Assembly (NCBI GenBank): GCA_045606105.1
Contig: JAZURI010000007.1
Span: 37,554 to 101,553, forward strand
Length of the DNA: 64,000 nucleotides
Reading direction: 5' to 3'
From: Spirochaetia bacterium
Lineage (GTDB): Bacteria; Spirochaetota; Spirochaetia; CADAEX01
The notes under the pieces are model-generated. The model saw only the letters and a list, made by a program, of their open reading frames with translations. It was not told the origin of the DNA and did no database searches. Below are positions 39,871 through 50,361 of the stretch, one piece after another; the stretch's first letter is position 1; every line of letters begins with the position of its first letter. The position numbers and the translations under genes are program-made.

Positions 39871-40230
39871 ATGAAGAAGTTAATTGAGGGAAATAAAAGA
39901 CGCATTCGCCGCAAGAAAAGCATCCGTGCCAAGATCAGCGGTACTTCGGAAAGACCAAGACTTTCCATCTTCAAAAGCAATTGCCATATCTATATCCAGG
40001 CTATTGATGATGTAGAAGGAAGAACATTGGTTTCTGTTTCCAACCTGGAAAAGGATCTTCTCGAGGTTAAATCCACCGTTGAAGGTGCAAAGAAACTCGG
40101 ACAGATTGCCGGTGAAAGATTGAAAGAGAAAAATATTGGAACAGTAGTTTTCGACAGAGGTGGATATATCTACCACGGAAAGGTGAAGGCTATTGCAGAC
40201 GGTGCCAGGGAAGCCGGAATCATTTTCTAG
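39871..40230 (+). CDS. rplR: 50S ribosomal protein L18
   Basis: Conserved sequence and operon order. Confidence 0.96.
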   Translation: MKKLIEGNKRRIRRKKSIRAKISGTSERPRLSIFKSNCHIYIQAIDDVEGRTLVSVSNLEKDLLEVKSTVEGAKKLGQIAGERLKEKNIGTVVFDRGGYIYHGKVKAIADGAREAGIIF

Positions 40231-40239
40231 GGGGACGAT

Positions 40240-40728
40240 GTGGATCAGGAAAAAGAATTTGTAGAAAAACTGATAAAGCTGAACAGAGTTGCCAAGGTAG
40301 TAAAGGGTGGTAGAAGATTCTCATTCTCAGCCCTGGTTGTTGTCGGAGACAAGAACGGATCTGCCGGATATGGTTTCGGAAAGGCAAACGACGTTTCAGA
40401 TGCTATTAGAAAAGCTGTTGATAAGGCCAAGAAAAACCTTATCAAGGTTCCTTTGAAGAATAACACAATTCCACACTCAGAAATGTGTGAATTCAAGAGT
40501 GCCAAGGTTATTATCAAACCGGCTGCTCCCGGTACAGGTGTAATTGCCGGAGGTCCGGTAAGAGCTGTAATGGAAGCTGTTGGTGTACATGACATTCTCA
40601 GCAAGTCACTCGGTTCAAAGAACAGCATTAATATTGTAAAGGCAGTATTCAGCGGACTTGAAAATCTCATGGATGCTAAGAAGATTGCCAATGACAGAGG
40701 CAAGACTCTGAAAGATATGTGGAGTTGA
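40240..40728 (+). CDS. rpsE: 30S ribosomal protein S5 (GTG start)
   Basis: Conserved sequence ([10 protein letters not shown]) and operon order. Confidence 0.96.
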   Translation: MDQEKEFVEKLIKLNRVAKVVKGGRRFSFSALVVVGDKNGSAGYGFGKANDVSDAIRKAVDKAKKNLIKVPLKNNTIPHSEMCEFKSAKVIIKPAAPGTGVIAGGPVRAVMEAVGVHDILSKSLGSKNSINIVKAVFSGLENLMDAKKIANDRGKTLKDMWS

Positions 40729-40730
40729 CA

Positions 40731-40913
40731 ATGGCTGGTAAAATCAGAATTGAATTAATCAAAAGTACAATCGGCAAAAAGCCTAACCAGGTTAAGACAG
40801 TTAAGGCTCTCGGACTCAATAAGATCAACTCTTATGTAGTTCTCGATACCAACCCTGCAATCCTCGGTATGGTAAGAACTATCAGTCATCTTGTTAAGGT
40901 TGAGGAGATTTAA
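40731..40913 (+). CDS. rpmD: 50S ribosomal protein L30
   Basis: Start trimmed to ATG 40731 ([12 protein letters not shown]...). Conserved position after rpsE. Confidence 0.93.
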   Translation: MAGKIRIELIKSTIGKKPNQVKTVKALGLNKINSYVVLDTNPAILGMVRTISHLVKVEEI

Positions 40914-40916
40914 GCT

Positions 40917-41375
40917 ATGTCTGATATTATGATCAAGGTTCCTTACGGAGCAAACAAAAACAGAAAGAAAGTCGGACGCGGCCCGGGCAGCGGTCTCGGC
41001 AAGACATCAGGCAAAGGACATAAGGGTCAGAATGCAAGATCCGGCGGCGGTGTACGTCCTGGATTTGAGGGTGGACAGCTCCCACTGTACAGAAGAATCT
41101 CCAGAAGAGGTTTCTCTAACTACCCATTCAAGAAAACCTTTACAGTCGTTAACGTTGCAGATCTTGATGTTAAATTCAACGACGGAGAGACAGTTACATG
41201 GGAAGGACTTGTTGAAAGAAGACTTATCAAGGCTTCAGATGTTCTCGTAAAGATTCTCGGTGACGGAGACGTTACAAAGAAGCTTACAATTGAAAATCTC
41301 GACATGTCTGCATCCGCAAAAGAAAAAATTGAAAACGCAGGTGGAAAAGTAATTCTGGAAGAATTAGGTAGGTAA
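40917..41375 (+). CDS. rplO: 50S ribosomal protein L15
   Basis: Gly/Lys-rich N-terminus and operon order. Confidence 0.96.
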   Translation: MSDIMIKVPYGANKNRKKVGRGPGSGLGKTSGKGHKGQNARSGGGVRPGFEGGQLPLYRRISRRGFSNYPFKKTFTVVNVADLDVKFNDGETVTWEGLVERRLIKASDVLVKILGDGDVTKKLTIENLDMSASAKEKIENAGGKVILEELGR

Positions 41376-41376
41376 T

Positions 41377-42705
41377 ATGGCTGGCAATCCACTTGTAGAT
41401 GTATTCAGAATTAGAGATTTACGGCAGAGACTCATTTTTACTTTTGCTGTCCTGATTGTATTCAGAATCGGAGCAACAATTCCAATTCCTGGAATTAATG
41501 TAAATGCTCTGCAGTTGTACTATCTGACAGCACAGAGCTCCGCTAGCGGAGTTATCGGCTTTGCTGATTATATCGATTTTTTTGCTGGTGGTGGTTTTAA
41601 AAACTTTTCCGTATTCATGCTTGGAATTATGCCATATATTTCCATGTCAATTATCATGCAGCTTCTTATTCTTGTTTTCCCGAAACTCAAGAAGATTTCA
41701 ATGGAAGACGGCGGCAGAAAGAAGATTGCAAGATATACAAGATACGGAACAGTTATCGTATGTCTTATTCAGTCCTATGCGGCAACAGTTTATGCAAGAC
41801 AGATTCCTGATGCGGTTACAATGTCAAGACTGGCATATTCGCTTATCGCGATTGTAACAGTAACAACAGGAAGTATGCTCCTTGTATGGATGGGTGAGCA
41901 GATTACCCAGCGCGGTGTAGGAAACGGTATCTCTCTCCTGATTTTTGCCGGTATCGTGGCAAGAATGCCTGAAGCATTCATCGTCCTTTTCGGCAGGATC
42001 AGAACCAAGGATATCAACCCTGTATTCATGATTGTTGTGCTTGCAATGTTTGTCGTTGTAATAGCTCTGGTCATCTACGAACAGCAGGGACAACGAAAGA
42101 TTCCTGTGCATTATGCAAAGAGAGTAGTCGGAAGAAGGATGTACGGCGGACAGAATACATATATTCCGTTCAAAATTAACCCATCAGGTGTTATTCCGGT
42201 TATTTTTGCATCTTCAGTAATGACATTCCCACTCCAGATTCTCGGAGGCTTAGGTGTAAAGATCAGATGGATGGGCACATTGGCCTATTGGTTCAGACCT
42301 TCAGGCTGGCTCTACCTTACAGTGTACACACTGCTTATTATCTTTTTTGCTTATTTCTATACTCAGGTAACACTGAACCCTACAGAAATTTCAAAACAGA
42401 TCAGAGAGAACGGAGGTTCTATTCCAGGTATCAGATCTGAGAAAATGGAAGCTTATCTTCAGAGAATTTTGAACAGGATAGTTCTGGCCGGTTCATTATT
42501 CCTTGCTTTTATCGCACTTATCCCTACACTGGTGCAGATAATTTTCAACTTTCCGAGTCAGGTTGCGATGCTTATGGGCGGAACATCATTGTTGATTATG
42601 GTTGGAGTCGATCTTGACTTTATGTCCCAGATTGAAGGTCATATGAAAATGCACCATCATGACGGAATCGTAAAGAAGGGCAGGATCAGGTCCAGAAATT
42701 TATAA
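41377..42705 (+). CDS. secY: preprotein translocase subunit SecY
   Basis: 442 aa polytopic protein with conserved SecY blocks (GIMPYISMSIIMQLL) and operon order. Confidence 0.97.
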   Translation: MAGNPLVDVFRIRDLRQRLIFTFAVLIVFRIGATIPIPGINVNALQLYYLTAQSSASGVIGFADYIDFFAGGGFKNFSVFMLGIMPYISMSIIMQLLILVFPKLKKISMEDGGRKKIARYTRYGTVIVCLIQSYAATVYARQIPDAVTMSRLAYSLIAIVTVTTGSMLLVWMGEQITQRGVGNGISLLIFAGIVARMPEAFIVLFGRIRTKDINPVFMIVVLAMFVVVIALVIYEQQGQRKIPVHYAKRVVGRRMYGGQNTYIPFKINPSGVIPVIFASSVMTFPLQILGGLGVKIRWMGTLAYWFRPSGWLYLTVYTLLIIFFAYFYTQVTLNPTEISKQIRENGGSIPGIRSEKMEAYLQRILNRIVLAGSLFLAFIALIPTLVQIIFNFPSQVAMLMGGTSLLIMVGVDLDFMSQIEGHMKMHHHDGIVKKGRIRSRNL

Positions 42706-42749
42706 ACCATTTTAAATGGTAGATTGAAGGATTTTCAAAGAGGAGTGAT

Positions 42750-42863
42750 ATGAAAGTCAGAGTGAGTGTAAAACCTTTGTGTGAAAAATGCAAAGTAATC
42801 AGAAGAAAAGGTGTTCTGAGAATTGTTTGTCAGAATCCAAAACATAAACAAAGACAGCGCTAA
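42750..42863 (+). CDS. rpmJ: 50S ribosomal protein L36
   Basis: Not in the ORF track (37 aa). My translation is [45 protein letters not shown] is upstream. Confidence 0.93.
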   Translation: MKVRVSVKPLCEKCKVIRRKGVLRIVCQNPKHKQRQR

Positions 42864-42879
42864 GGGGAGAAATTAAAAG

Positions 42880-43245
42880 ATGGCAAGAATTGCGGGTATT
42901 GACCTTCCCAACAAGAGTGCAAAAATTGCACTGACATATATTTATGGTATCGGCAGAACTTCAGCAGTAGAAATCTGCGAAAAGACTGGTATTGATAAGG
43001 ACATCAAGATCAACGATCTTACACCTGAACAGGTAAACAACCTCAGAAAGGTTATTGAAACCGAATACAAGGTTGAGGGTCGTCTCAGATCAGAGATTGC
43101 TCTTAATATCAAGCGTTTGATGGATATCGGATGTTACCGCGGTCTCAGACACAGAAAGGGACTCCCGGTAAGAGGCCAGAGAACAAAGACCAATGCACGT
43201 ACAAGAAAAGGCAAGAAGAAGACTGTTGCCGGAAAGAAGAAGTAA
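42880..43245 (+). CDS. rpsM: 30S ribosomal protein S13
   Basis: Starts [10 protein letters not shown]... Conserved S13 sequence. Confidence 0.97.
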   Translation: MARIAGIDLPNKSAKIALTYIYGIGRTSAVEICEKTGIDKDIKINDLTPEQVNNLRKVIETEYKVEGRLRSEIALNIKRLMDIGCYRGLRHRKGLPVRGQRTKTNARTRKGKKKTVAGKKK

Positions 43246-43261
43246 GGATTGGAGGAAGTAA

Positions 43262-43642
43262 GTGGCTACTGTAAAAAAGAAAAAAGATAAAATTTCAGTA
43301 TTCAGCGGAAATGTATACATCAAGGCAAGCTTTAACAACACAATTGTTACAGTAACTGACCTGATGGGAAATGCAATTTCATGGGCAAGTGCCGGCGGAC
43401 TCTCTTTCAGAGGAGCTAAGAAATCTACTCCTTACGCTGCTCAGACAACAGCTGAAACAGCTGCAAAGAAGGCAATGGACTACGGTCTCAGAGAAGTAAA
43501 CGTTTTCATCAACGGACCTGGTGTTGGAAGAGAATCAGCTATCAGATCTTTGGGTGGACTGGGACTTAAGGTACTTTCAATCAGAGACGTTACACCGATT
43601 CCACACAACGGATGTCGGCCTAAGAAAACCAGAAGAGTGTAA
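43262..43642 (+). CDS. rpsK: 30S ribosomal protein S11 (GTG start)
   Basis: Conserved sequence and operon order. Confidence 0.96.
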   Translation: MATVKKKKDKISVFSGNVYIKASFNNTIVTVTDLMGNAISWASAGGLSFRGAKKSTPYAAQTTAETAAKKAMDYGLREVNVFINGPGVGRESAIRSLGGLGLKVLSIRDVTPIPHNGCRPKKTRRV

Positions 43643-43657
43643 TTGAGGTAAAATCAG

Positions 43658-44293
43658 ATGGGAAGATATATAGGACCAACCTGCAGATTGTGCAGAACAG
43701 AAAAGAGAAAACTTATGCTTAAGGGTGAACGCTGTAACTCAGCAAAATGCCCTATAGCTAAGAAAAAAGAGGCTCCTGGAAAAGCAGCAAAGGCAAGAAG
43801 CGGAAAGCTTTCCGACTACGGTCTGCAGCTCAGAGAGAAACAGAAGCTCAGAAAGATTTACGGTATGCTTGAGAAGCAGTTCAAGCTTACATTTGACGAA
43901 GCTAACAGAGAAAAAGGTAAGACAGGTGAAAACCTTATTACTCTTCTCGAAAGCAGACTGGACAACATTGTTTACAGACTCAGATTTGCTTCTTCCAGAA
44001 ATCAGGCAAGACAGCTTGTAAACCACGGGCATATTCTTGTAAACGGAAAGAAGACAGATATTCCTTCTTATCTCGTTAAGGCAAATGACGTGATTGAAAT
44101 CAAGGAATCAAGCAAGAAATCTGAAGTTATTAAGGAAAGTCTCAAGGAATTCTCAAAATCAGGCGTTATGCCTTGGTTGGAAGTAGATCCTGATAATATG
44201 AAAGGTGTAGTAAAGGCACTGCCGCTTAGAAGCGAAGTTGTTGACTTGGCTGATATTAACGAGCAGTTGATCGTCGAACTTTATTCGAGGTAA
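43658..44293 (+). CDS. rpsD: 30S ribosomal protein S4
   Basis: Zn-ribbon-like N-terminus CRLCRTEKRKLMLKGERCNSAKC, an S4 RNA-binding domain, and operon order. Confidence 0.96.
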   Translation: MGRYIGPTCRLCRTEKRKLMLKGERCNSAKCPIAKKKEAPGKAAKARSGKLSDYGLQLREKQKLRKIYGMLEKQFKLTFDEANREKGKTGENLITLLESRLDNIVYRLRFASSRNQARQLVNHGHILVNGKKTDIPSYLVKANDVIEIKESSKKSEVIKESLKEFSKSGVMPWLEVDPDNMKGVVKALPLRSEVVDLADINEQLIVELYSR

Positions 44294-44297
44294 TTAG

Positions 44298-45347
44298 ATG
44301 GCAAGAAAAAACCTTTTAAAGGGATTCAAGAAGCCTTCAGGTTTATCACTGGAACCGGGTGAGGTAACCCGGGACTACGGAAAATTTATTGCCGCTCCGT
44401 TTGAGAGAGGATATGCCGCCACAATCGGTAACTCCATGAGACGCATTCTCCTCTCCTCAATCCAGGGATATGCTGTTGTTGCTGTTTACATCACTTGTTA
44501 TAAAGATGGCACACCGCACATCATTTCAAGTGAGTTTGAATCTATCCCCGGCGTAGTTGAGGATACTCCTGAAATTATCAACAACCTCAAGGAGCTCTGC
44601 ATAACTCTTACTGATGATTCAGAAGACAGAGTTATCTTTCTCCCTGACCTTACAAACAGGGTAATTACAGGAAAGGATCTGGAAATTGACTCAAATATCA
44701 GAGTTGAGAACAAGGATCTCAAAATCGCTACACTGATGGAAGATGCTCATATCGATCTTGAAATCCAGGTGTCCCTCGGAAGAGGTTATATTCCTGCCGA
44801 AGTGAATGAAAAGTATATCGAAAAAATAGGAACAATTCCAATCGACGGAATTTTCTCACCGGTAAAAAGGGTACGCTACTCCTGGGAAAATACAAGAGTC
44901 GGCAGCAGAAATGATTATGAGAAGCTTATTCTTGAAGTTTGGACAGATGGAACCATTGCACCGATAGATGCTGTAGCGGAAGCTGCTAAGATAGCTAAGG
45001 ATCATTTTACTATTTTCATTAACTTTGATGAGAAAGAAATCGGATGTGATGAAGAAGTCGATGAAAATGAAGAAAAAATCAGGCAGTTTTTGGCAACACC
45101 TGTAAGTGAACTTGAGCTTTCCGTAAGAGCAAGCAATTGTCTCAACAAGGCAAAGATTGCTACACTGGGAGAATTGACTGTTAAGACTGAGGAGGATATT
45201 CTCAAGACAAGAAACTTCGGAAGAAAATCTCTTGCTGAAATCAAGGGTAAACTTGCTGAATGGGGTCTTACTCTCGGTATGACAGATTACAGCAATTTAA
45301 AAATTAAACCAAAAACACCACAGAAGGAAAACAAAGATGAAGCATAA
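44298..45347 (+). CDS. rpoA: DNA-directed RNA polymerase subunit alpha
   Basis: 349 aa with a conserved NTD and a CTD motif (LELSVRASNCL...NFGRKSL). Confidence 0.97.
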   Translation: MARKNLLKGFKKPSGLSLEPGEVTRDYGKFIAAPFERGYAATIGNSMRRILLSSIQGYAVVAVYITCYKDGTPHIISSEFESIPGVVEDTPEIINNLKELCITLTDDSEDRVIFLPDLTNRVITGKDLEIDSNIRVENKDLKIATLMEDAHIDLEIQVSLGRGYIPAEVNEKYIEKIGTIPIDGIFSPVKRVRYSWENTRVGSRNDYEKLILEVWTDGTIAPIDAVAEAAKIAKDHFTIFINFDEKEIGCDEEVDENEEKIRQFLATPVSELELSVRASNCLNKAKIATLGELTVKTEEDILKTRNFGRKSLAEIKGKLAEWGLTLGMTDYSNLKIKPKTPQKENKDEA

Positions 45348-45765
45348 ATCAGGTTTTAATGCACTTAACATGAAAAGTGCCCGCAGAAAAGCGGTAAAGA
45401 GAAGCATGGTTACCTCTGTTTTTAAATATGAAAGAATCAAGACAACTAAGGCAAGAGCTCTTGAAATCAGAAGAATGGCTGAAAAGATGATTACCAGAGC
45501 AAAAGCTGATTCTGTTCATAACCGCAGAGTTATTGCTGAAGATATCAAGGATGAAGCAGTACTTGCAAAGCTGTTTGTAGATATTGCTCCTAGATTCGCA
45601 ACAAGAAACGGTGGTTACACAAGAATCATCAAACTTGGCAGAAGAAACAACGATGCTGCAGAAGTAGTTCTTCTTGAGCTTGTAGACAGAAAAGTAAAAG
45701 AGAAGAAAGAAAAAAAAGAAAAGGCTAAGAAGCCTGAAGCAAAAGCTCCTGCAAAAGAGAACTGA
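45337..45765 (+). CDS. rplQ: 50S ribosomal protein L17 with Lys-rich C-terminal extension
   Basis: Conserved L17 core (GGYTRIIKLG.R..D). It overlaps the rpoA end by 11 nt. Confidence 0.95.
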   Translation: MKHKSGFNALNMKSARRKAVKRSMVTSVFKYERIKTTKARALEIRRMAEKMITRAKADSVHNRRVIAEDIKDEAVLAKLFVDIAPRFATRNGGYTRIIKLGRRNNDAAEVVLLELVDRKVKEKKEKKEKAKKPEAKAPAKEN

Positions 45766-45770
45766 TATTG

Positions 45771-45799
45771 AGGGGAAGTTAAGGCTTCCCCTTATTTTT
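45771..45799 (+). terminator. rho-independent terminator closing the ribosomal supercluster
   Basis: Stem aggggaag/cttcccct with loop ttaagg, followed by tattttta. Confidence 0.75.
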
Positions 45800-45807
45800 A
45801 TCTGCCT

Positions 45808-46584
45808 ATGGACTATACATCATTACGCAGAACCCGCCTTGAAAAAATCAAAGGACGTTATGTTCCGGGAAGCAGCCTGAAGGTCTTTACCGCACCTCCG
45901 CTGGATTCCGCAGTCAGTCTCGGTCATAAGCTGATGACACTGGAGGATGACAATGCCCTGGAGATCCTGGAATACCATGAACTGGTAAACGGAACCGATG
46001 ATGCCATTATATTTGAAAACGGAATATTTGAAATAAGAAACGAGCTCTACGACAATGGACCCTTTGTTCCGGACGAAGGGATGAAGGCTGTTTTCGACGA
46101 GGCAATGGGTAATGATGATGCCAATGAGGAAAGAAGCACTGCTGCCGGAACCGTAAGGATCGATTTTCCCGAAACTTCCGGAGAAAGGGCTCTTTATCTT
46201 TCATCCCTTCTCAGGGAAACCGCATCTCCCTTTGCAGCATTGCTGAGAGAGGATGACCGTTCATTGAAATCAATCTATTCCGTTGGTTTTACATCGGGAA
46301 AGGGAAATCCGGTTTTTGATTTTGATCCTGAAAGCGACCTTTACAAGGAGATCTTTTCCCCAAGGAGAACCCTGCTGTTCAACGAGACACCGGAACGGCT
46401 TTCCGAACTCTGGGAAAATGTGCCGGAAGCAGACCTGGGAAGAATATACGGCTGCTGCTTTGTACCTCTCGGAAACATCACCGGCGGGGACTATCTTTTC
46501 TTTGCCTTTGCCCCCTCTTTAATACAGGGAGAGAAGGTCCTTTCCATACTAAAAAAATTAAACAATATCCTTGATTTTGCTTGA
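45808..46584 (+). CDS. hypothetical protein
   Basis: 258-aa ORF with no antisense competitor of comparable quality. I recognise no motif in it. Confidence 0.5.
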   Translation: MDYTSLRRTRLEKIKGRYVPGSSLKVFTAPPLDSAVSLGHKLMTLEDDNALEILEYHELVNGTDDAIIFENGIFEIRNELYDNGPFVPDEGMKAVFDEAMGNDDANEERSTAAGTVRIDFPETSGERALYLSSLLRETASPFAALLREDDRSLKSIYSVGFTSGKGNPVFDFDPESDLYKEIFSPRRTLLFNETPERLSELWENVPEADLGRIYGCCFVPLGNITGGDYLFFAFAPSLIQGEKVLSILKKLNNILDFA

Positions 46585-46634
46585 CACCTCAAAAAGATTA
46601 CTAGTATTATTAAATGATAATATCGGAGGAAGTC

Positions 46635-48167
46635 ATGATAAATTACATTTGGTTTTTTATTCTTCCTCTCGTAGGCTTGATAATAGGCTGGACCATACGT
46701 TGGCTGTATGCTAAATTTCAGCTTTCCTCTTCGGAGCAGAAGGCGGAAAGAATAAAGCAGGATGCAGTTAAAGAGGCCGAAGCTATAAAGAAAGAACTGG
46801 TGCTTGAAACCAAGGATCAGCTCTTAAAAGAGCGGAATCAGCAGGAACGGGAATTCAGGGACAGAAGAGCTGAGCTCCAGAAACAGGAGAGAAGGCTTAT
46901 CCAGAAGGAGGATAACCTTGACAACAAGCTCGGAGTAATTGAAAAACAGACACAGGCTATTGCAGATCGAGAGAAAGAAATCAAGAACAGGGAAGCATCC
47001 CTTGTAGAGCAGGAATTCATCTGGAAGGAAAAGCTTGAAAAAATCTCGGAGCTTACATCCGAGGAAGCAAAGCAGCTCATTATCCAGACCATGGAAAACG
47101 AGGCCAGACACGATGCCCAGGCCCTTCTGAACAAGATTGAACAGGAGGCTCAGGTTACGGCAGAGAAGAAGGCCAGAGAGATTCTTGTCACAACTATCCA
47201 GAGAGTTGCTACAGAGGTTACATCTGATGTGACAGTTACATCTGTCAGCCTTCCTACAGACGAGATGAAGGGAAGAATCATCGGTCGTGAGGGAAGAAAC
47301 ATCAGGGCACTGGAAACTCTTACCGGAGTAGATGTCATTATTGACGATACACCTGAGGCAGTGGTTATCTCCTGCTTCGATCCGGTCAAGAAGGAAATTG
47401 CCAAGGAAGCACTGGAGCGCCTTATCATGGACGGTCGTATCCATCCTGCACGTATCGAGGATGTGGTACAGAAGGTAACAAAGGATATCAACCAGATAAT
47501 ATACGAGGAAGGTGAGAAGGTTCTTTTCGATGTGGGTATCCACAACATGTCACAGGAAGGAATCAGGGCACTGGGAAGACTTCATTTCAGGACAAGCTAC
47601 GGACAGAATGTTCTTCAGCATTCGAAGGAAGTAGCCGTTATTGCAGGTCTTATTGCATCTGAAATCGGAGCCAACAGGTCACTTGCCCACAGGGCGGCAC
47701 TTCTCCACGATATCGGAAAGGGAATTGAATCCGACGGCGAAGGAAACCATGCTGAGGTAGGTATGGAGGTGGCCAGAAAGATGGGAGAGGATCCGCGCAT
47801 CGTTAATGCAATCGGAGCTCACCACAACGATATCGAGCCATGCTGTATCGAATCCATCATCGTTCAGATTGCCGATGCCATTTCTGCAGCCAGACCGGGT
47901 GCAAGAAAGGAAACAATTGACAATTATATCAAGAGATTGGAAAATCTTGAGAATATTGCTCTTCAGTTTGAAGGAATCGATAAGGCTTATGCTATTCAGG
48001 CCGGCAGAGAGCTCCGTATTCTTGTAAACAGCGAGCAGGTTAATGACGAAAGAGCATCAGAGCTGGGACGTCTTATTACCAAGAAGATCGAATCTGAATT
48101 ACGGTATCCGGGCAGGATAAGAGTAACAATTATCCGGGAAACCAGAGTAGTTGAATATGCCCGCTGA
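46635..48167 (+). CDS. rny: ribonuclease Y
   Basis: N-terminal TM helix, long coiled coil, KH domain (GRIIGREGRNIRALE) and HD domain (LLHDIGK). The start is taken at ATG 46635, which has SD GGAGG. The ORF track starts at 46614. Confidence 0.93.
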   Translation: MINYIWFFILPLVGLIIGWTIRWLYAKFQLSSSEQKAERIKQDAVKEAEAIKKELVLETKDQLLKERNQQEREFRDRRAELQKQERRLIQKEDNLDNKLGVIEKQTQAIADREKEIKNREASLVEQEFIWKEKLEKISELTSEEAKQLIIQTMENEARHDAQALLNKIEQEAQVTAEKKAREILVTTIQRVATEVTSDVTVTSVSLPTDEMKGRIIGREGRNIRALETLTGVDVIIDDTPEAVVISCFDPVKKEIAKEALERLIMDGRIHPARIEDVVQKVTKDINQIIYEEGEKVLFDVGIHNMSQEGIRALGRLHFRTSYGQNVLQHSKEVAVIAGLIASEIGANRSLAHRAALLHDIGKGIESDGEGNHAEVGMEVARKMGEDPRIVNAIGAHHNDIEPCCIESIIVQIADAISAARPGARKETIDNYIKRLENLENIALQFEGIDKAYAIQAGRELRILVNSEQVNDERASELGRLITKKIESELRYPGRIRVTIIRETRVVEYAR

Positions 48168-48936
48168 TACAATCAAAGTCCTGTTTCTCGGGGATGTCAT
48201 CGGACAGCCGGGAAACAGGGCCGTTTTTTTCAACCTTAAAAATCTTATAAAAAAATATAATGCCGACTTTACCATAATCAACGGAGAAAACTCTGCTGAC
48301 GGCTTCGGTATTCTCCCTGCAGCTGCAGACCAGTTCTTCCAGAACGGGGCAGATGTAATAACCAGCGGAAACCATATCTGGCAGAAGCCTGAGATATTTC
48401 CTTATATGGAGGAGCATGAGAATATCATCAGACCTGCAAACTTCCCGCCGGGAGCACCGGGACACGGTTATTGTACCGTGGAGAAGAAAAACGTGAAGCT
48501 TGCGGTAATCAACCTCCAGGGACGGGAGAACATGGTCTCCATCGATTGTCCCTTCAGGACTGTCAAGGATATTCTCAAGAAGGTAAGGAAGGAGACACCT
48601 CTTGTTTTTGTGGATTTCCATGCCGAGACACCTACGGAAAAGGAAGCTCTGGCCTGTTATCTGGACGGACAGGTAAGCGTGGTGGCAGGAACTCATACCC
48701 ATGTACAGACTGCCGATGAAAGAATCCTTAAAAACGGAACAGCATACATTACCGATGTGGGAATGACCGGTGCCGAAGAATCGGTAATCGGAACCATCAA
48801 GGAAATAGCTATTGAAAGGGTACTTACCCAGATGCCTCTGAAAATGGAAATTGCCGATCTTGAGGTCCGTATTTCAGGTATTCTGGTGGAGCTTGATACA
48901 GCAACAGGAAAGGCCCTCTCCATCGAAAGAATATGA
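48157..48936 (+). CDS. ymdB: YmdB-family metallophosphoesterase (2',3'-cyclic-nucleotide phosphodiesterase-like)
   Basis: Motifs LFLGDVIG, GENSADG and DFHAE. It shows the conserved pairing downstream of rny. ATG 48157 is preferred over TTG 48151. Confidence 0.88.
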   Translation: MPADTIKVLFLGDVIGQPGNRAVFFNLKNLIKKYNADFTIINGENSADGFGILPAAADQFFQNGADVITSGNHIWQKPEIFPYMEEHENIIRPANFPPGAPGHGYCTVEKKNVKLAVINLQGRENMVSIDCPFRTVKDILKKVRKETPLVFVDFHAETPTEKEALACYLDGQVSVVAGTHTHVQTADERILKNGTAYITDVGMTGAEESVIGTIKEIAIERVLTQMPLKMEIADLEVRISGILVELDTATGKALSIERI

Positions 48937-49700
48937 AAAAAATCCCGCTTCTGCAGCTTTTAAGACAGAAATATCCGGAAACCGACAGTGACAGGCTCTA
49001 CTCCTCGGTTCTCTGCGGCGATGTTTTTGTGGAGGGTGAAAAGGTTCGGAATCCAAAGGAGCTTTTTCCGCAGGACAGCATGGTAATCATCGAAAGCAGG
49101 AAGTTTGTCTCCCGGGGTGGCTTCAAGCTTGAAAAGGCACTGAATGAATGGAATATAGATGTAACCGGAAAAACAGTCCTTGATGCAGGCTCCTCTACAG
49201 GGGGCTTTACCGATTGTCTCCTTCAGCGGGGGGCGGAAATAGTTCATGCTGTGGATTCAGGCTTCAATCAGCTGGATTTTACCCTCAGACAGAATCCCCG
49301 TGTCAGGGTCCATGAGAAGACCAATATCATGGATGTGGAGCATCTGGAACCGGGTCCTCACATGGCAGTTGCAGATCTCTCCTTCCGTTCCATAACCGGG
49401 GCTGCAGCCAGGATTCTTTCCCTGACGGAGGATAAGTTCCTTATCGCGCTTATAAAGCCGCAGTTCGAGGAAAGGGGTCTGGTAAAGGATTTTGACGGCA
49501 TAATCCGCAACACCGGAGATCTGAAAAAAGTGCTTCTGGAAACAGTTCGCCTCCTTTTTGAAGAGGGCTCCTATATTGCAGACATCACCGAATCACCCTT
49601 CCGCGGTACCAAGGGAAACCGTGAGTTCCTGTGCATGATTACAGGCCGGGAGCTGGTATCTTTGGAAGAAATCTCAGAAAAGATCAATAATATCAGATAA
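48933..49700 (+). CDS. tlyA: TlyA-family rRNA 2'-O-methyltransferase (hemolysin A-like)
   Basis: S4-like N-terminus, FtsJ-type MTase motif LDAGSSTGGFTD, and GNREF near the C-terminus. Confidence 0.88.
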   Translation: MKKIPLLQLLRQKYPETDSDRLYSSVLCGDVFVEGEKVRNPKELFPQDSMVIIESRKFVSRGGFKLEKALNEWNIDVTGKTVLDAGSSTGGFTDCLLQRGAEIVHAVDSGFNQLDFTLRQNPRVRVHEKTNIMDVEHLEPGPHMAVADLSFRSITGAAARILSLTEDKFLIALIKPQFEERGLVKDFDGIIRNTGDLKKVLLETVRLLFEEGSYIADITESPFRGTKGNREFLCMITGRELVSLEEISEKINNIR

Positions 49701-50309
49701 TTCATCAAGGGAATCTATTATAGGTGCGCCGGTTTTTTCCAGGGCTTTTCTGTTCTGGTGGCCGCCGGAGAAAAGGATGCATTCTCCCTTCAGTGCCTCA
49801 GCTGTTTCCCAGTCGTGGGTTGTATCGCCTATAACCAGCTTTCTTCCGTTATCATTGCTTCCGAAAAAGGCTTCTGCCCTTTCTGTCTTGGATTCTGCCC
49901 TGAAGTCGGAGGCACCAAGTACGGCACTGAAATATTTTTCCAGACCGAAGCGTGAAAGAAGCCTGTTGATTTCGGCTGTGTTTGCGGCTGAAAGGATAAT
50001 CTGGGGTATTCCTGCCCTGCAGACACTATCCAGGGCACTGACAGCACCCTGCATCAGCTTCACCCTGTTTTCGTACCTGATATAGCTTTGGGTGAATTCC
50101 CTGACAATGGTATCAAAGGGAACCTTTTTAAGATCAAATATATGCTCATAGAATCTGATTATGGGAATATCCACATAGCTTCTGTATCTTTCCAGGTCAA
50201 TCAGTTCCATTTCCCTGGAGCGCAGCATGTCATTCACGCAGTCCATGCAGATTCCGGTATCGTCAAGAAGGGTTCCGTTCCAGTCCCATATTATGCAAGA
50301 GTATTTCAC
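49674..50309 (-). CDS. HAD-superfamily hydrolase (phosphoglycolate phosphatase-like)
   Basis: Motif I IIWDWNGTLLDD, with later SAAN and GDTTHD motifs. Confidence 0.8.
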   Translation of the reverse strand: MKYSCIIWDWNGTLLDDTGICMDCVNDMLRSREMELIDLERYRSYVDIPIIRFYEHIFDLKKVPFDTIVREFTQSYIRYENRVKLMQGAVSALDSVCRAGIPQIILSAANTAEINRLLSRFGLEKYFSAVLGASDFRAESKTERAEAFFGSNDNGRKLVIGDTTHDWETAEALKGECILFSGGHQNRKALEKTGAPIIDSLDELSDIIDLF

Positions 50310-50361
50310 AGCTCCACTTTAACTGTTTACAAAATTTACATCAAGTCGTATTATTTTCCTG

